DNA from: Prevotellaceae bacterium
Lineage (GTDB): Bacteria > Bacteroidota > Bacteroidia > Bacteroidales > Bacteroidaceae
Length of the DNA: 64,000 nucleotides
NCBI GenBank assembly: GCA_029219385.1
Contig: JAQXTH010000021.1
Coordinates: forward strand, 10,499 to 74,498
Direction of reading: 5' to 3'
Shown here: in pieces, positions 1-9,543 of the stretch
Position numbering within the stretch: position 1 is the stretch's first letter
Layout: every line of letters begins with the position of its first letter
The notes under the pieces: model-generated
What the model was told of the DNA's origin: nothing
Seen by the model: the letters and a program-made list of their open reading frames with translations, nothing else
The model's database searches: none
Position numbers and translations under genes: made by a program

Positions 1-1381
1 ACCCATATAGGTCGGGCTGTTGCACCACGTTCCACGGAGTCGTTTCTTGCTCTGCGGCACATTTAAACACTTTTTCCAATGTGGTATTGCCAATGCCACG
101 CGTTGGATAATTTATAATGCGCCTCAGTGCTTCTTCGTCAAAACAATTTGTTATCAGACGCAAATAAGCCAACACATCGCGTATCTCCTTTTGATCATAA
201 AACGAATTGCTGCCAAAAATCACACACGGGATGTTGCGCTTGCGCATTGTCTCTTCCAATATGCGACTCTGACCGTTTGTGCGATACAACACTGCAATAT
301 CAGCATATTTCACGCCTTTTTTATGAAGCGACTTAATGGTGCGGCAAACCATTTCACCCTCTTCTATGTCGCTCACCAATCGCGAAAGCACAATCGGCGA
401 ACCCTCTTCATTTTCGGAGTAAAGATTTTTCTGAATTTGATATTTGTTTTTCTTTATCAGACTGTTGGCGGCATTTACAATAGTTTTGGTAGACCTGTAG
501 TTGCGCTCCAGCCTGAAAATCTTTGTGCCCTCGTATGTCTTGTCAAATTTCAAAATGTTGTCAATCTGCGCTCCACGAAAACCATATATGCTCTGAGCAT
601 CGTCACCCACCACACAAATGTTTTTGTGGTCGTAAACAATCTTGTTTAATATGGCAAATTGGGCAACATTGGTATCTTGATATTCGTCTACAAGCACATA
701 GCGAAACTTTTCTGCATAGCGTCTTCTCGCCTCATCATTGCAAAACAAGATATAAGTGTAGAGCAACAAATCGTCGAAATCCATCGCATTGGCATTGTGA
801 CAACGCTTGAAATACTCTGCATAAATGTCCTCAAAGAGCGGAATTCCGTCTTCCATGTCGCGGGGGAAAAAATCACCGTGGTGTTGCTTATAAAGTTTTG
901 GCGTGACAAGACGGTTTTTTGCTTCCGAAATCCTATTGGCAAGCAATGACAATTTGTATTCCTTTTCGTCGAGACCACGCTCTTTTAAAATAGCTTTGAG
1001 CAGAGCCTTGGTGTCTGACGGCTGATATATCGTAAAATTACTGTCAAAACCAAAAACACCGGCCTCTTTGCGCAAGATACGGCTGAAAACAGAATGAAAA
1101 GTACCCATCCACAACGAGCGCGCATCCACCACGCCGACCATTGCTTCTATGCGCTCTCTCATCTCGCGCGCTGCCTTGTTGGTAAATGTCAGTGCGAGCA
1201 CACTCCACGGTGGCACACCCTTGCTGATAAGATATGCAATTTTAGTGGTCAAAACCGTTGTTTTGCCCGAACCGGCTCCCGCCACTATCAACGACGGTCC
1301 CTCGGTGTGTCTCACAGCAGCCAATTGCTGCTCATTAAGCAAATCAAGGTAATGCTGTACTTTATCTTCGTTTGATTTCAT
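1..1381 (-). CDS. UvrD/PcrA/Rep-family ATP-dependent DNA helicase, N-terminal ~460 aa (gene continues past the window start)
   Basis: Absent from the ORF track because there is no stop inside the window. Manual reverse translation from CAT at 1379-1381 gives MKSNEDKVQHYLDLLNEQQLAAVRHTEGPSLIVAGAGSGKTTVLTTKIAYLISKGVPPWSVLALTFTNKAAREMRERIEA. This contains Walker A GAGSGKT and motif Ia. The first ~80 codons and the last ~20 codons (down to base 2) were translated and are open; the middle of the frame was not checked by hand. Confidence 0.85.
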   Translation of the reverse strand, partial: MKSNEDKVQHYLDLLNEQQLAAVRHTEGPSLIVAGAGSGKTTVLTTKIAYLISKGVPPWSVLALTFTNKAAREMRERIEAMVGVVDARSLWMGTFHSVFSRILRKEAGVFGFDSNFTIYQPSDTKALLKAILKERGLDEKEYKLSLLANRISEAKNRLVTPKLYKQHHGDFFPRDMEDGIPLFEDIYAEYFKRCHNANAMDFDDLLLYTYILFCNDEARRRYAEKFRYVLVDEYQDTNVAQFAILNKIVYDHKNICVVGDDAQSIYGFRGAQIDNILKFDKTYEGTKIFRLERNYRSTKTIVNAANSLIKKNKYQIQKNLYSENEEGSPIVLSRLVSDIEEGEMVCRTIKSLHKKGVKYADIAVLYRTNGQSRILEETMRKRNIPCVIFGSNSFYDQKEIRDVLAYLRLITNCFDEEALRRIINYPTRGIGNTTLEKVFKCAAEQETTPWNVVQQPDLYG

Positions 1382-1399
1382 AAAAATCCGTGTTGACTG

Positions 1400-1407
1400 C
1401 AAAAGTA
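1400..1407 (-). promoter_or_regulatory. Putative Bacteroidetes -7 box (TACTTTTG on minus strand) for the helicase gene
   Basis: Plus strand reads caaaagta, a match to TAnnTTTG 19 nt upstream of the ATG at 1381. Confidence 0.5.
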
Positions 1408-1622
1408 ATGATATTTTACCAAACCCACAACCTGCAACACACACTTTTGGCGACATTTCAAACAATTATATTCATAGACCTGCCTGAAACACCGCTTCTC
1501 AACGAAAACAATCAATTACTTTTTAAACAAAATTGTGCACTACTTGTTGCAGAAGAACAACAATATCCACACAATCCACATAAAACAAGACAAAAAGCAA
1601 ATATGTTTTAAACTTAATTCAC

Positions 1623-1630
1623 TATATTTG
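1623..1630 (+). promoter_or_regulatory. Putative -7 box TATATTTG upstream of dxs
   Basis: Exact TAnnTTTG match 5 nt before the TTG at 1635. This implies a very short or absent leader. Confidence 0.4.
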
Positions 1631-1634
1631 CATT

Positions 1635-3608
1635 TTGAAAAAACAAACACTTCAAGCATTGACAACCAACAACGAATATACACAAAATCTGTTAAACCAT
1701 ATAAACCTGCCGGCAGACCTGCGCAAATTAAAAGTTGAACAACTGCCACAAGTGTGCGACGAGTTGAGACAAAAAATCATCTATGTGCTCTCTCGCCACC
1801 CGGGGCATTTGGCCTCAAGCCTCGGTGCGATAGAAATCACAGTGGCTCTCCACTATGTGTTCAACACACCCGATGACCGCATTGTGTGGGACGTAGGCCA
1901 TCAGGCATACAGCCACAAAATCCTGACCGGCCGACGCGACCGCTTCAACACCAACCGACAGTTGGGCGGACTGAAACCCTTTCCCTCGCCCGAAGAAAGC
2001 AAATTTGACACCTGCACCTGCGGCCACGCCTCAAACTCCATTTCCGTTGGTCTGGGCATGGACGTGGCAGCAAGACTGCAAAACATCACAAATCGCAAGG
2101 TGATTGCCGTGATTGGCGATGGCGCAATGAGCGGAGGACTTGCGTTTGAGGGATTAAACAATGTTGCCTCCACGCCCAATAATATGCTCATTGTGCTAAA
2201 CGACAACAACATGAGCATTGACTCAAGCGTGGGCGGAATGAAACAATATCTGCTCAAAATGCAAACCAGCAGTTTCTACAACCGTTTCAGATTCTGCACC
2301 GCAAAAAAATTCTCTTCGTTCGGCTTGCTCAACGAAAACAGTAAAAACGCTATCTTGCGCTTCAACAACTCGTTGAAATCCCTCATCACACGCCAACAAA
2401 ACATCTTTGAGGGACTCAACATCAGATATTTCGGGCCCACAGACGGCCACAACGTGATAAAACTGGTCAACACCCTCAGAAAAATCAAAGACATGACCGG
2501 GCCGAAAATCCTTCACATACACACAGTAAAGGGAAAAGGCTATGAAGCCGCCGAAAAAGATGCCACAATATGGCACGCTCCGGGCAAATTTGACATTGAC
2601 ACAGGCGAACGCATCACATCAACCAACAACACTCCGCAACCACCAAAATTCCAAACTGTGTTTGGAGAAACGCTTCTTGAACTTGCCGAAGCCAACAATC
2701 GCATTGTGGGAGTTACTCCCGCCATGCCCACCGGTTGTTCCATGGACATCATGATGACAAAAATGCCCCACAGAGTGTTTGACGTAGGCATTGCCGAGGG
2801 ACACGCCGTGACATTCTCGGCAGGCATGGCAAAAGACGGACTGATTCCTTTCTGCAACATCTATTCTTCGTTTTCACAACGAGCCTACGACAATATTATC
2901 CACGATGTGGCCATCAGCAGACTGAAAGTAATCATTTGCTTAGACCGCGCCGGATTGGTAGGCGAAGACGGCCCCACACACCACGGCAATTTCGACATTG
3001 CCGCCTTACGCGCCATTCCCAATCTCACACTTTGTTCACCTATCAACGAACCCGAATTGCGCAACCTTATGTATAGCGCACAACTCGACAACAATCCAGG
3101 ACCGTGGGTCATCAGATACCCACGCGGAAAAGGCTCCACAACAGATTGGCGCAAACCTATGAAAGAAATTAAGCCCGGAACGTCACAAAGACTGCGCGAG
3201 GGCACAGAAATATGCTTCCTATCCTACGGGCCGCTCGGGGTCAGCGTGGAAAAGGCAATAAACTCGCTCAGCCCCACCATGCAATCAAAAGTGAGCCACT
3301 ATGACATGCGCTTTGCGAAACCGCTCGACGATGACGCTCTGAATGAAATCTCAAACCACCACTACAAGAAAATAATCACAATAGAAGACGGTTCGCTCAA
3401 AGGCGGATTTGGCAGCGCAATAGCCGAATGGCTTGAACAGCACAATGACTATACTCCGCTACACTGCATGGGCCTGCCCGACAATTTTATAGAACACGGT
3501 TCCGTTTCGGAACTATATAAAATCGTAGGTCTTGACACAGAAGCAATCGTCAAAACCCTCAACGAAAACCTAACTCCCACAACAAGCAACATCACTATAA
3601 AGTCATGA
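1635..3608 (+). CDS. dxs: 1-deoxy-D-xylulose-5-phosphate synthase
   Basis: 657-aa ORF. It carries [74 protein letters not shown] and the TPP motif [16 protein letters not shown]. The start is a TTG, and there is no in-frame ATG before the conserved N-terminus, so the exact start is uncertain. Confidence 0.93.
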   Translation: MKKQTLQALTTNNEYTQNLLNHINLPADLRKLKVEQLPQVCDELRQKIIYVLSRHPGHLASSLGAIEITVALHYVFNTPDDRIVWDVGHQAYSHKILTGRRDRFNTNRQLGGLKPFPSPEESKFDTCTCGHASNSISVGLGMDVAARLQNITNRKVIAVIGDGAMSGGLAFEGLNNVASTPNNMLIVLNDNNMSIDSSVGGMKQYLLKMQTSSFYNRFRFCTAKKFSSFGLLNENSKNAILRFNNSLKSLITRQQNIFEGLNIRYFGPTDGHNVIKLVNTLRKIKDMTGPKILHIHTVKGKGYEAAEKDATIWHAPGKFDIDTGERITSTNNTPQPPKFQTVFGETLLELAEANNRIVGVTPAMPTGCSMDIMMTKMPHRVFDVGIAEGHAVTFSAGMAKDGLIPFCNIYSSFSQRAYDNIIHDVAISRLKVIICLDRAGLVGEDGPTHHGNFDIAALRAIPNLTLCSPINEPELRNLMYSAQLDNNPGPWVIRYPRGKGSTTDWRKPMKEIKPGTSQRLREGTEICFLSYGPLGVSVEKAINSLSPTMQSKVSHYDMRFAKPLDDDALNEISNHHYKKIITIEDGSLKGGFGSAIAEWLEQHNDYTPLHCMGLPDNFIEHGSVSELYKIVGLDTEAIVKTLNENLTPTTSNITIKS

Positions 3609-4948
3609 AAATCATTATCGCCGGAGCCGGCAGGGTGGGCACACATCTCGCACAACTTTTTGCACGCGAGAAACACAACATTGTCGTTGTCAGCAACAAT
3701 GCCGAGCAACTCAATGCCATCACCTCAAGTTACGACCTGATGGGCAAAAAAATGTTGCCCACCTCAATCACAGGATTAAAGGAAATCGGAACAGGCCACT
3801 GCGACCTCTTCATCGGAGTGACCCCCGACGAGAACCTTAACATAAACTGTTGCATGATAGCCTCAAAACTTGGAGCAAAACGCACGGTGGCCCGAGTAGA
3901 CAATATTGAATTTCTCGACAAACAATCAGAAGAATATTTCAAATCAATGGGTGTTGACCTGCTGTTTATTCCCGAAATGGTGGCAGCAAAAGAAATCGTG
4001 GCCTCGGTGAAAAGAAGTTGGACAAGATTGTGGTGGGAACCGGAAGGAGGCAATCTCGCGCTGATTGGAGTGAAGGTGAGACACGACTGCTCCATTCTCA
4101 ACATTCCGCTCAAAGACCTGCCCAACCAAAACCCTGCCTACCACATTGTTGCAATAAAACGAAACGACGAGACCATAATCCCCCACGGCATGGACACGCT
4201 GAAACCCATGGATTTGGTCTATTTCATGACTGACAAAGAAAACCAACACCACATTCAGCAAATTTGTGGCAAAGGCAAATACAAGGAAGTGCGCGATGTG
4301 ATTATCATGGGTGGAGGAACCACAGCACTCTACACTGCCCAACTCCTGCCCGACAACATCAACGTGAAAATCATTGAGGAAGACCTCAACCGATGCTACC
4401 AACTCAATTCACTGCTGCCCAAAGACAACGTGATGATTATCCACGGCGACGGGCGCAACCTCAACCTCATGCACGAAGAAAACCTCAGCGACGCCGACGC
4501 TTTCATTGCGCTCACGCCAAACTCTGAGATAAACATCATCAGTTGTCTCACGGCACGCAACGCCGGTGTAAACAAAACCGTTGCCATGCTCGACAACCTC
4601 AACTTCATATCAATGGCCGAAAGCCTCGACATAGGCACTCTGATCAACAAACAGGCTATCTCTGCTTCAAAGATTTATCGCATGATATTAAAGGCCGACA
4701 TTGCCAACGTGAAGAGCCTCATGGTGGCCAACGCCGATGTGGCAGAGTTCACTGCCGCCCCCAACTCTAAAATAACAAAAAAAATGATCAAAGACCTGCG
4801 CCTGCCACTCACCGCCAACCTCGGCGGACTGATACGCAACGGCAAGAGTATGCTCATCAACGGTATGACCCGTGTGGAGGCCGGCGACAAAGTAGTGGCA
4901 GTATATGTCGACAACGATATAAAGCCCCTCGCCTCACTCTTTAACTGA
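3605..4948 (+). CDS. trkA: Trk potassium uptake system, NAD-binding subunit TrkA
   Basis: 447 aa. Two RCK/TrkA-N Rossmann repeats ([16 protein letters not shown]... and [14 protein letters not shown]...). ATGA start/stop overlap with dxs. Confidence 0.9.
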   Translation: MKIIIAGAGRVGTHLAQLFAREKHNIVVVSNNAEQLNAITSSYDLMGKKMLPTSITGLKEIGTGHCDLFIGVTPDENLNINCCMIASKLGAKRTVARVDNIEFLDKQSEEYFKSMGVDLLFIPEMVAAKEIVASVKRSWTRLWWEPEGGNLALIGVKVRHDCSILNIPLKDLPNQNPAYHIVAIKRNDETIIPHGMDTLKPMDLVYFMTDKENQHHIQQICGKGKYKEVRDVIIMGGGTTALYTAQLLPDNINVKIIEEDLNRCYQLNSLLPKDNVMIIHGDGRNLNLMHEENLSDADAFIALTPNSEINIISCLTARNAGVNKTVAMLDNLNFISMAESLDIGTLINKQAISASKIYRMILKADIANVKSLMVANADVAEFTAAPNSKITKKMIKDLRLPLTANLGGLIRNGKSMLINGMTRVEAGDKVVAVYVDNDIKPLASLFN

Positions 4949-4990
4949 CAACACACATTTCTATCCTCACAACCAACACATCTAACCCAA

Positions 4991-6463
4991 ATGTCAAAAT
5001 CATTGCTCATAAATCCAAAAATGCTTTGCAGAGTGCTCGGTCAACTCATCTTGATTGAGAGTTTCATGATGTTGGTATGTCTGTTTGTCGGCGTGATTTA
5101 CGAAGAAGCAGACCACACCCCCTTTCTCGTTTCTCTGGGCGTGACTACTATTTGCGGAGTAGTGTTGAGACTGGTGGGGTTCAAAGCCACCAACACCATC
5201 AATAGGCGCGAGTCTTATTTGGTGGTGGCACTCACATGGGTGATTTTCTCTATTTTGGGCATGATTCCCTTCGTGCTCTCAGGCAGTTGCACATCATTGG
5301 GCACTGCCTTTTTTGAATCTATGTCGGGCTTTACCACCACAGGAGCTTCTGTGATAAAAGACATAGACAACCTGCCCCACAGCATATTGTTTTGGCGCAG
5401 TTTCACCCATTGGATAGGCGGTTTGGGAATTGTGTTTTTCACCATGACGATAATGCCGGTGGCTGGTCGTGGCGACGTGAAATTGTTTGCCGCCGAAAGC
5501 ACCGGTCTCGGTCAGGAGAAACTACACTCCAAAATCAAGACCACGGCAGCATGGATATGGAGCATATACATCTCACTCACCATTGGCTGTTGTCTTTCTC
5601 TATGGGCAGGCGGCATGGATTTCTTTGACAGCATAAACCACGCCATGTCGACAATCTCTACCGGTGGATATTCCACCCATGGCAGTGGCATCTCATATTA
5701 CAACTCTCCGCTGATAGAATATATCCTCATTATCTTTATGTTTCTCGGCGGCGTGAACTTTTATATATTATATACGGTAGGCACAAAGCGCACCTTGGCC
5801 CCGATAAAACACAGCAGCGAACTGAAACTCTATCTTGGCATTGTTGTCACTGTTTCCTTAATTTGTGCCGTCACTCTTGTTTTCTACAACGGCTATGATG
5901 TGGAACGCGCCTTGCGCACCGCCTTTTTCAACTGCATATCCATCAACACCACCACCGGATTTACCTCCGACGACTATCAAAGTTGGTTTCACCCCACCGC
6001 CATTCTGATCATGTTTCTGATGTTTGCCGGGGCAAACTCGGGGTCAACAAGCGGGGGTTTTAAAAGCATTCGCATTTTGATTATCATAAAAGCCACCCAA
6101 ATACACTTCAAGCGCATACTCCACCCCAACGCCATAATACCTGTGCAGGTAAACAAGACACCCATCAGCCACGATGCCGAACGCAACGTGATGTCGCTGA
6201 TGTTTTGGTTTGCATTTATGATTGTGGCAGGCACAGTTGCCCTCACCTGTGTGGGCATAAGCGACTACGACAGCTTCAACATATCATTGGCGAGCGTTTG
6301 CAACATAGGCACAAACTTTGGCAACACCTATGGCCCCACCGTCGGGCTTGCCGACATGCCCGAGAGCGCGAAATGGATTTGCTCGTTTCTGATGTTGGCG
6401 GGCCGTCTCGAAATCTTTGCCATTTTGCTGCCATTCACCCGCTCGTTTTGGCATCGGCAATAA
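4991..6463 (+). CDS. trkH: TrkH/KtrB-family potassium transporter membrane subunit
   Basis: 490 aa, polytopic. Repeated selectivity-filter-like motifs SGFTTTGAS, STGGYST, NTTTGFTS. Lies directly downstream of trkA. Confidence 0.88.
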   Translation: MSKSLLINPKMLCRVLGQLILIESFMMLVCLFVGVIYEEADHTPFLVSLGVTTICGVVLRLVGFKATNTINRRESYLVVALTWVIFSILGMIPFVLSGSCTSLGTAFFESMSGFTTTGASVIKDIDNLPHSILFWRSFTHWIGGLGIVFFTMTIMPVAGRGDVKLFAAESTGLGQEKLHSKIKTTAAWIWSIYISLTIGCCLSLWAGGMDFFDSINHAMSTISTGGYSTHGSGISYYNSPLIEYILIIFMFLGGVNFYILYTVGTKRTLAPIKHSSELKLYLGIVVTVSLICAVTLVFYNGYDVERALRTAFFNCISINTTTGFTSDDYQSWFHPTAILIMFLMFAGANSGSTSGGFKSIRILIIIKATQIHFKRILHPNAIIPVQVNKTPISHDAERNVMSLMFWFAFMIVAGTVALTCVGISDYDSFNISLASVCNIGTNFGNTYGPTVGLADMPESAKWICSFLMLAGRLEIFAILLPFTRSFWHRQ

Positions 6464-6533
6464 TTTTTTTCACCAGAGAAACGGCGACAGACTTTTTTTA
6501 GAAAAAAACACGTCTTCCAACTTAACTTTTCCT

Positions 6534-6541
6534 TACTTTTG
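6534..6541 (+). promoter_or_regulatory. Putative -7 box TACTTTTG upstream of the ECF sigma gene
   Basis: TAnnTTTG match 15 nt upstream of the ATG at 6556. Confidence 0.5.
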
Positions 6542-6555
6542 CGTTATATATATAG

Positions 6556-7059
6556 ATGACACGCAAAGAATTTGAAAATATATTGCCGACAATCAGAACA
6601 CAAACCTTTAACATCGGCTATCGCTTTTTTGGCAACCGCGACGACGCAGAAGAGGTGGCGCAAGAAAGTTTGTTGAGACTATGGCAATATTGTCAACAAC
6701 TCGACAGCGAACAAGACATCAAACTGCTCGCCACAAAAGTGGCAAAAAGAGTGTCAATTGACATATACAGACAATATCACAAAATCGAAACAACCGAACT
6801 CGACAACACGTCACCACCAACAGCCGACAACTCTTATGCCCCCGACAGCAAAATAATCACCGACGACACACAAACAATCATAGACAACAGCATAAACCAA
6901 CTGCAAAACCGCGAAAAACAACTCATCAAACTAACCCAAGAAGACATCGACACCACAGAGATAGCACGACAAACAAACCTGCCCGTGCGCTCGGTGAGAA
7001 GCATGATAGCAATGGCAAAAAACAAAATCAAAAAGAACATTCTCAAACAACAATCATAA
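6556..7059 (+). CDS. ECF-type RNA polymerase sigma-70 family factor
   Basis: 167 aa. Region 2-like DDAEEVAQESLLRLWQY and region 4 HTH TEIARQTNLPVRSVRSMIAMAKNKIKK. Confidence 0.8.
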   Translation: MTRKEFENILPTIRTQTFNIGYRFFGNRDDAEEVAQESLLRLWQYCQQLDSEQDIKLLATKVAKRVSIDIYRQYHKIETTELDNTSPPTADNSYAPDSKIITDDTQTIIDNSINQLQNREKQLIKLTQEDIDTTEIARQTNLPVRSVRSMIAMAKNKIKKNILKQQS

Positions 7060-7727
7060 TGAACAAACCCAACAACACAAAAAGGCAAGACCTCCTAAAC
7101 ACCTTTCTCCAAGAGCAAGAACCCGATGCCTCCCTCTATGATTTGTTGATGGAAAAAGGCCTCAATCCGGGCAGAAAAACAATCAGGCTCAAAAAACGCC
7201 GCCTCATAGCGTGGAGCGTGGCAGCCTGCTTCACTGCCCTCGTGGCTTTGACAGCCACAATGCTCCGCGACAATACCACACCGACATCCACACCCATGGC
7301 AAACGTTGTAAAAAACAATAAATGCGCCATCACTCCACAACCCACAACAACAAACGCCCCAACACAACAGCCCACCCCCCTTGCGCAAAACATGGCCAAG
7401 GCAAAACCCACCAAAACACCCTCTCGGCCGGCCGACATGCCGACAATCCCCACTGTCGAACAAACAATAGAAACTCCGTTGCCCACACCAATTTCAGAAC
7501 CCGACAACATCATTGCCCAAGCCACGCCCGACACACCCATAACCGACCCCACGCCACAACTCGACCAAACCACAGTGGCTAACATAGAAATAGCGTGCGA
7601 CGAGAGCGACCTGCCAATCACCAATATGCAAAACTATACGCTCACGCCCGAAGATTTAAAACAAATCAGCAACATAAAGAAAGAACAAAGTTTCTACAGA
7701 ATGATTTCAATCTGCCTGTTAGACTAA
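7059..7727 (+). CDS. Putative anti-sigma factor: single-pass membrane protein with a Pro/Thr-rich extracytoplasmic region
   Basis: 222 aa. 1-nt start/stop overlap (TAATG) with the sigma gene. Short N-terminal cytoplasmic segment, TM helix LIAWSVAACFTALVALTATML, then a low-complexity P/T/Q tract. No recognisable catalytic domain. Confidence 0.5.
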   Translation: MNKPNNTKRQDLLNTFLQEQEPDASLYDLLMEKGLNPGRKTIRLKKRRLIAWSVAACFTALVALTATMLRDNTTPTSTPMANVVKNNKCAITPQPTTTNAPTQQPTPLAQNMAKAKPTKTPSRPADMPTIPTVEQTIETPLPTPISEPDNIIAQATPDTPITDPTPQLDQTTVANIEIACDESDLPITNMQNYTLTPEDLKQISNIKKEQSFYRMISICLLD

Positions 7728-7773
7728 CATATTAAATCAAAATTAAAATAATAACAAAAAAATACACTACACA

Positions 7774-8604
7774 ATGAAAACAAAACTCCTATCACTGATG
7801 CTCATTGCTCTGATTGCCACACCACAACTCATGGCAAACCCAACACAAAACCAATCTCAAAGCGAACCTCCCACAAACGTTATCAACGCCATCAAAGACA
7901 TTGCCTCAAAACAATACACCACAAACTCAATCAACACAACAGAAGACCCCGAAACCAACAAAATCACAAACCGAGTTGAAATCTACGAGGTAAATTTTAA
8001 CGAAAATGATACAGAATACAAAAACCTTATAGAGGCATTTGAAAAAGACAAAGAATGTGGCTACACCTATTTCCACCTGCTACCCAAAGAAGGTGGGGTG
8101 AGAAATGCCTACATCGGCAACAACGAAAATGAAAAAATCATCATACGCAAAAATATAGACCAAGAATTTTATATGATTGTCCAAAAAAACCCCAATGACC
8201 CCACGCTGCGCGACTTATACAGTGTCACCATCGAAAATAAATATTTCTATGATCAATGGGGACGTGCAAAAAACAGAAAATTAACCATTCACGTAATCAC
8301 TTCATTGCGTCCCGACCTTTTTGGCAAAGATTTAAACACCTTGCCGGGCGAAGAATACGACTTAAACAACCTTACCGATGAAGGCAAGAGAATCTTGAAA
8401 TCCACCGTGTTGTCATATAAACAAAAGTTCAATCTATTGGAAGACCGCATAAGAATTTATAACAATATTCTTAAAACCGGGCCCGGTTTCTCAAAAATGA
8501 ATATATATAATAAAGAAATAGACAAAGAACAAAAGAAGCTCGACAAACTCAGAAATAAAATGATAAAAGATATCGAAAAAATCTATAAGAAATACCACAA
8601 ATAA
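7774..8604 (+). CDS. Secreted hypothetical protein with a Lys-rich coiled-coil C-terminus
   Basis: 276 aa. Signal peptide MKTKLLSLMLIALIATPQLMA/NP with no lipobox Cys. Visibly AT-richer than flanking genes. The tail KEIDKEQKKLDKLRNKMIKDIEKIYKKYHK is coiled-coil-like. No family recognised. Confidence 0.55.
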   Translation: MKTKLLSLMLIALIATPQLMANPTQNQSQSEPPTNVINAIKDIASKQYTTNSINTTEDPETNKITNRVEIYEVNFNENDTEYKNLIEAFEKDKECGYTYFHLLPKEGGVRNAYIGNNENEKIIIRKNIDQEFYMIVQKNPNDPTLRDLYSVTIENKYFYDQWGRAKNRKLTIHVITSLRPDLFGKDLNTLPGEEYDLNNLTDEGKRILKSTVLSYKQKFNLLEDRIRIYNNILKTGPGFSKMNIYNKEIDKEQKKLDKLRNKMIKDIEKIYKKYHK

Positions 8605-8676
8605 CCCTTGCTCTAAATCACCACTTAACCCACAGAAAATCACAAGGTTAATAATAAAGTACTTTTCTCTTTTTTC

Positions 8677-8710
8677 AAACTGTGTCAGACATTTGTTTGG
8701 CACAGTTTTT
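8677..8710 (+). terminator. Weak hairpin downstream of the 7774-8604 gene
   Basis: aaactgtg ... cacagttt forms an 8-bp perfect stem with a 16-nt loop. It is followed by TT. Confidence 0.3.
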
Positions 8711-8729
8711 GCATTACCATTTTATAGTT

Positions 8730-8820
8730 CGCTAACTTAGCGAACTAAAGCACCCTAAGTTAGGCAACTAAAGCACCCTAAGTTAAGCAACTATAGCACC
8801 CTAAATTAGGCAACTATAAT
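8730..8820. repeat. 23-bp tandem repeat, about 3.5 copies, carrying four phased palindromes (GCTAAcTTAGC / CCTAAgTTAGG / CCTAAgTTAAG / CCTAAaTTAGG)
   Basis: Units at 8739-8761, 8762-8784 and 8785-8807, with a partial unit at 8808-8820. Palindrome centres at 8736, 8759, 8782 and 8805 are exactly 23 bp apart. Confidence 0.9.
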
Positions 8821-8830
8821 ATTAACCAAT

Positions 8831-8838
8831 TAAATTTG
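8831..8838 (+). promoter_or_regulatory. Putative -7 box TAAATTTG for the HU-HIG gene
   Basis: Exact TAnnTTTG match 10 nt before the ATG at 8848. It lies immediately after the repeat array. Confidence 0.45.
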
Positions 8839-8847
8839 TTTAAAATC

Positions 8848-9459
8848 ATGTCTGTAAAATTAGAAATCGTGAAGAGTAATCTTCAAAAAGAGACGGGAAA
8901 TTCGTTTTATTACCCAAAAGTAGTGACCTATTCGACCTACACCACCGATGAATTTATAGAAATGCTCTCAACAAATGAGGGCATCGGCATTGCTCAGGCA
9001 AAATCAGTGGTCACAGCCTTTGCCAACGAATTGATGAAACACCTTTCGCAAGGCCACAAAGTGAAAATCAACGGCATTGGCACATTTTCGCTCAAGATAA
9101 CGGGCAAAGCAACCGTCAGCGAAAACAACAAAATCGTGACCAACAATCTGAGATTTGACAAAATCAATATCACACCCGACATAAAAGCCCGAAATAGTCT
9201 TAATAGTATCTCTAAGTCTATCAACAAGAAAGAAATTAAAATACCCTGCAAGTTCAATTTTGAAAAAGCGGTCGAACAAGCAGACAAACTGCTCGAAAAT
9301 TCGTCGTTGTTTCATGCCGAAGACTTCGCTCTTGCTGCCGGAATATCTAAAAACACAACATACAGAATACTCAACAAACTTGTCAACGCAAATATATTGG
9401 AGCGCAAAGGCAAACGGCGTCAATACACCTATATTAAAGGCTCGGCAAACCAACAATAA
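8848..9459 (+). CDS. HU-HIG family DNA-binding protein (Bacteroidetes HU-like domain fused to a C-terminal winged HTH)
   Basis: The ORF-track entry starts at TTG 8836; the first ATG at 8848 gives MSVKLEIVKSNL. The HU-like core is FIEMLSTNEGIGIAQAKSVVTAFANELMKHLSQGHKVKINGIGTFSL. The C-terminal wHTH-like segment is FALAAGISKNTTYRILNKLVNANILERKG. Confidence 0.7.
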   Translation: MSVKLEIVKSNLQKETGNSFYYPKVVTYSTYTTDEFIEMLSTNEGIGIAQAKSVVTAFANELMKHLSQGHKVKINGIGTFSLKITGKATVSENNKIVTNNLRFDKINITPDIKARNSLNSISKSINKKEIKIPCKFNFEKAVEQADKLLENSSLFHAEDFALAAGISKNTTYRILNKLVNANILERKGKRRQYTYIKGSANQQ

Positions 9460-9502
9460 GAAAAAATCAAAGTCAAACGACAAGTGTCTTGCAAAAATTC
9501 AC

Positions 9503-9510
9503 TAACTTTG
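9503..9510 (+). promoter_or_regulatory. Putative -7 box TAACTTTG upstream of pheS
   Basis: TAnnTTTG match 34 nt upstream of the ATG at 9544. Confidence 0.5.
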
Positions 9511-9543
9511 CATAAAATAACAATAACTCTAAACACGACACAA

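Noticed and set aside
20-649. 209-aa plus-strand ORF, and neighbouring plus-strand ORFs up to about 1375.
   Set aside because: They lie antisense to a clearly recognisable UvrD-like helicase reading frame (minus strand, 1-1381). The sequence is low-complexity and Cys/His-rich with no motifs, so these are shadow ORFs.
1563-1580. Two adjacent DnaA-box-like 9-mers (ATATCCACA, CAATCCACA) between the helicase and dxs; considered as oriC. rpmH is also in the window.
   Set aside because: There are only two imperfect boxes, with no cluster of further boxes, no obvious AT-rich unwinding element and no dnaA/dnaN nearby. The other TTATCCAC-like hits (about 2890 and 47835) are inside coding regions.
8730-8820. 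Considered whether the 23-bp repeats could be a mini CRISPR array.
   Set aside because: The units are directly abutting with no spacers. They are shorter than typical CRISPR repeats, and no cas genes are present in the window.
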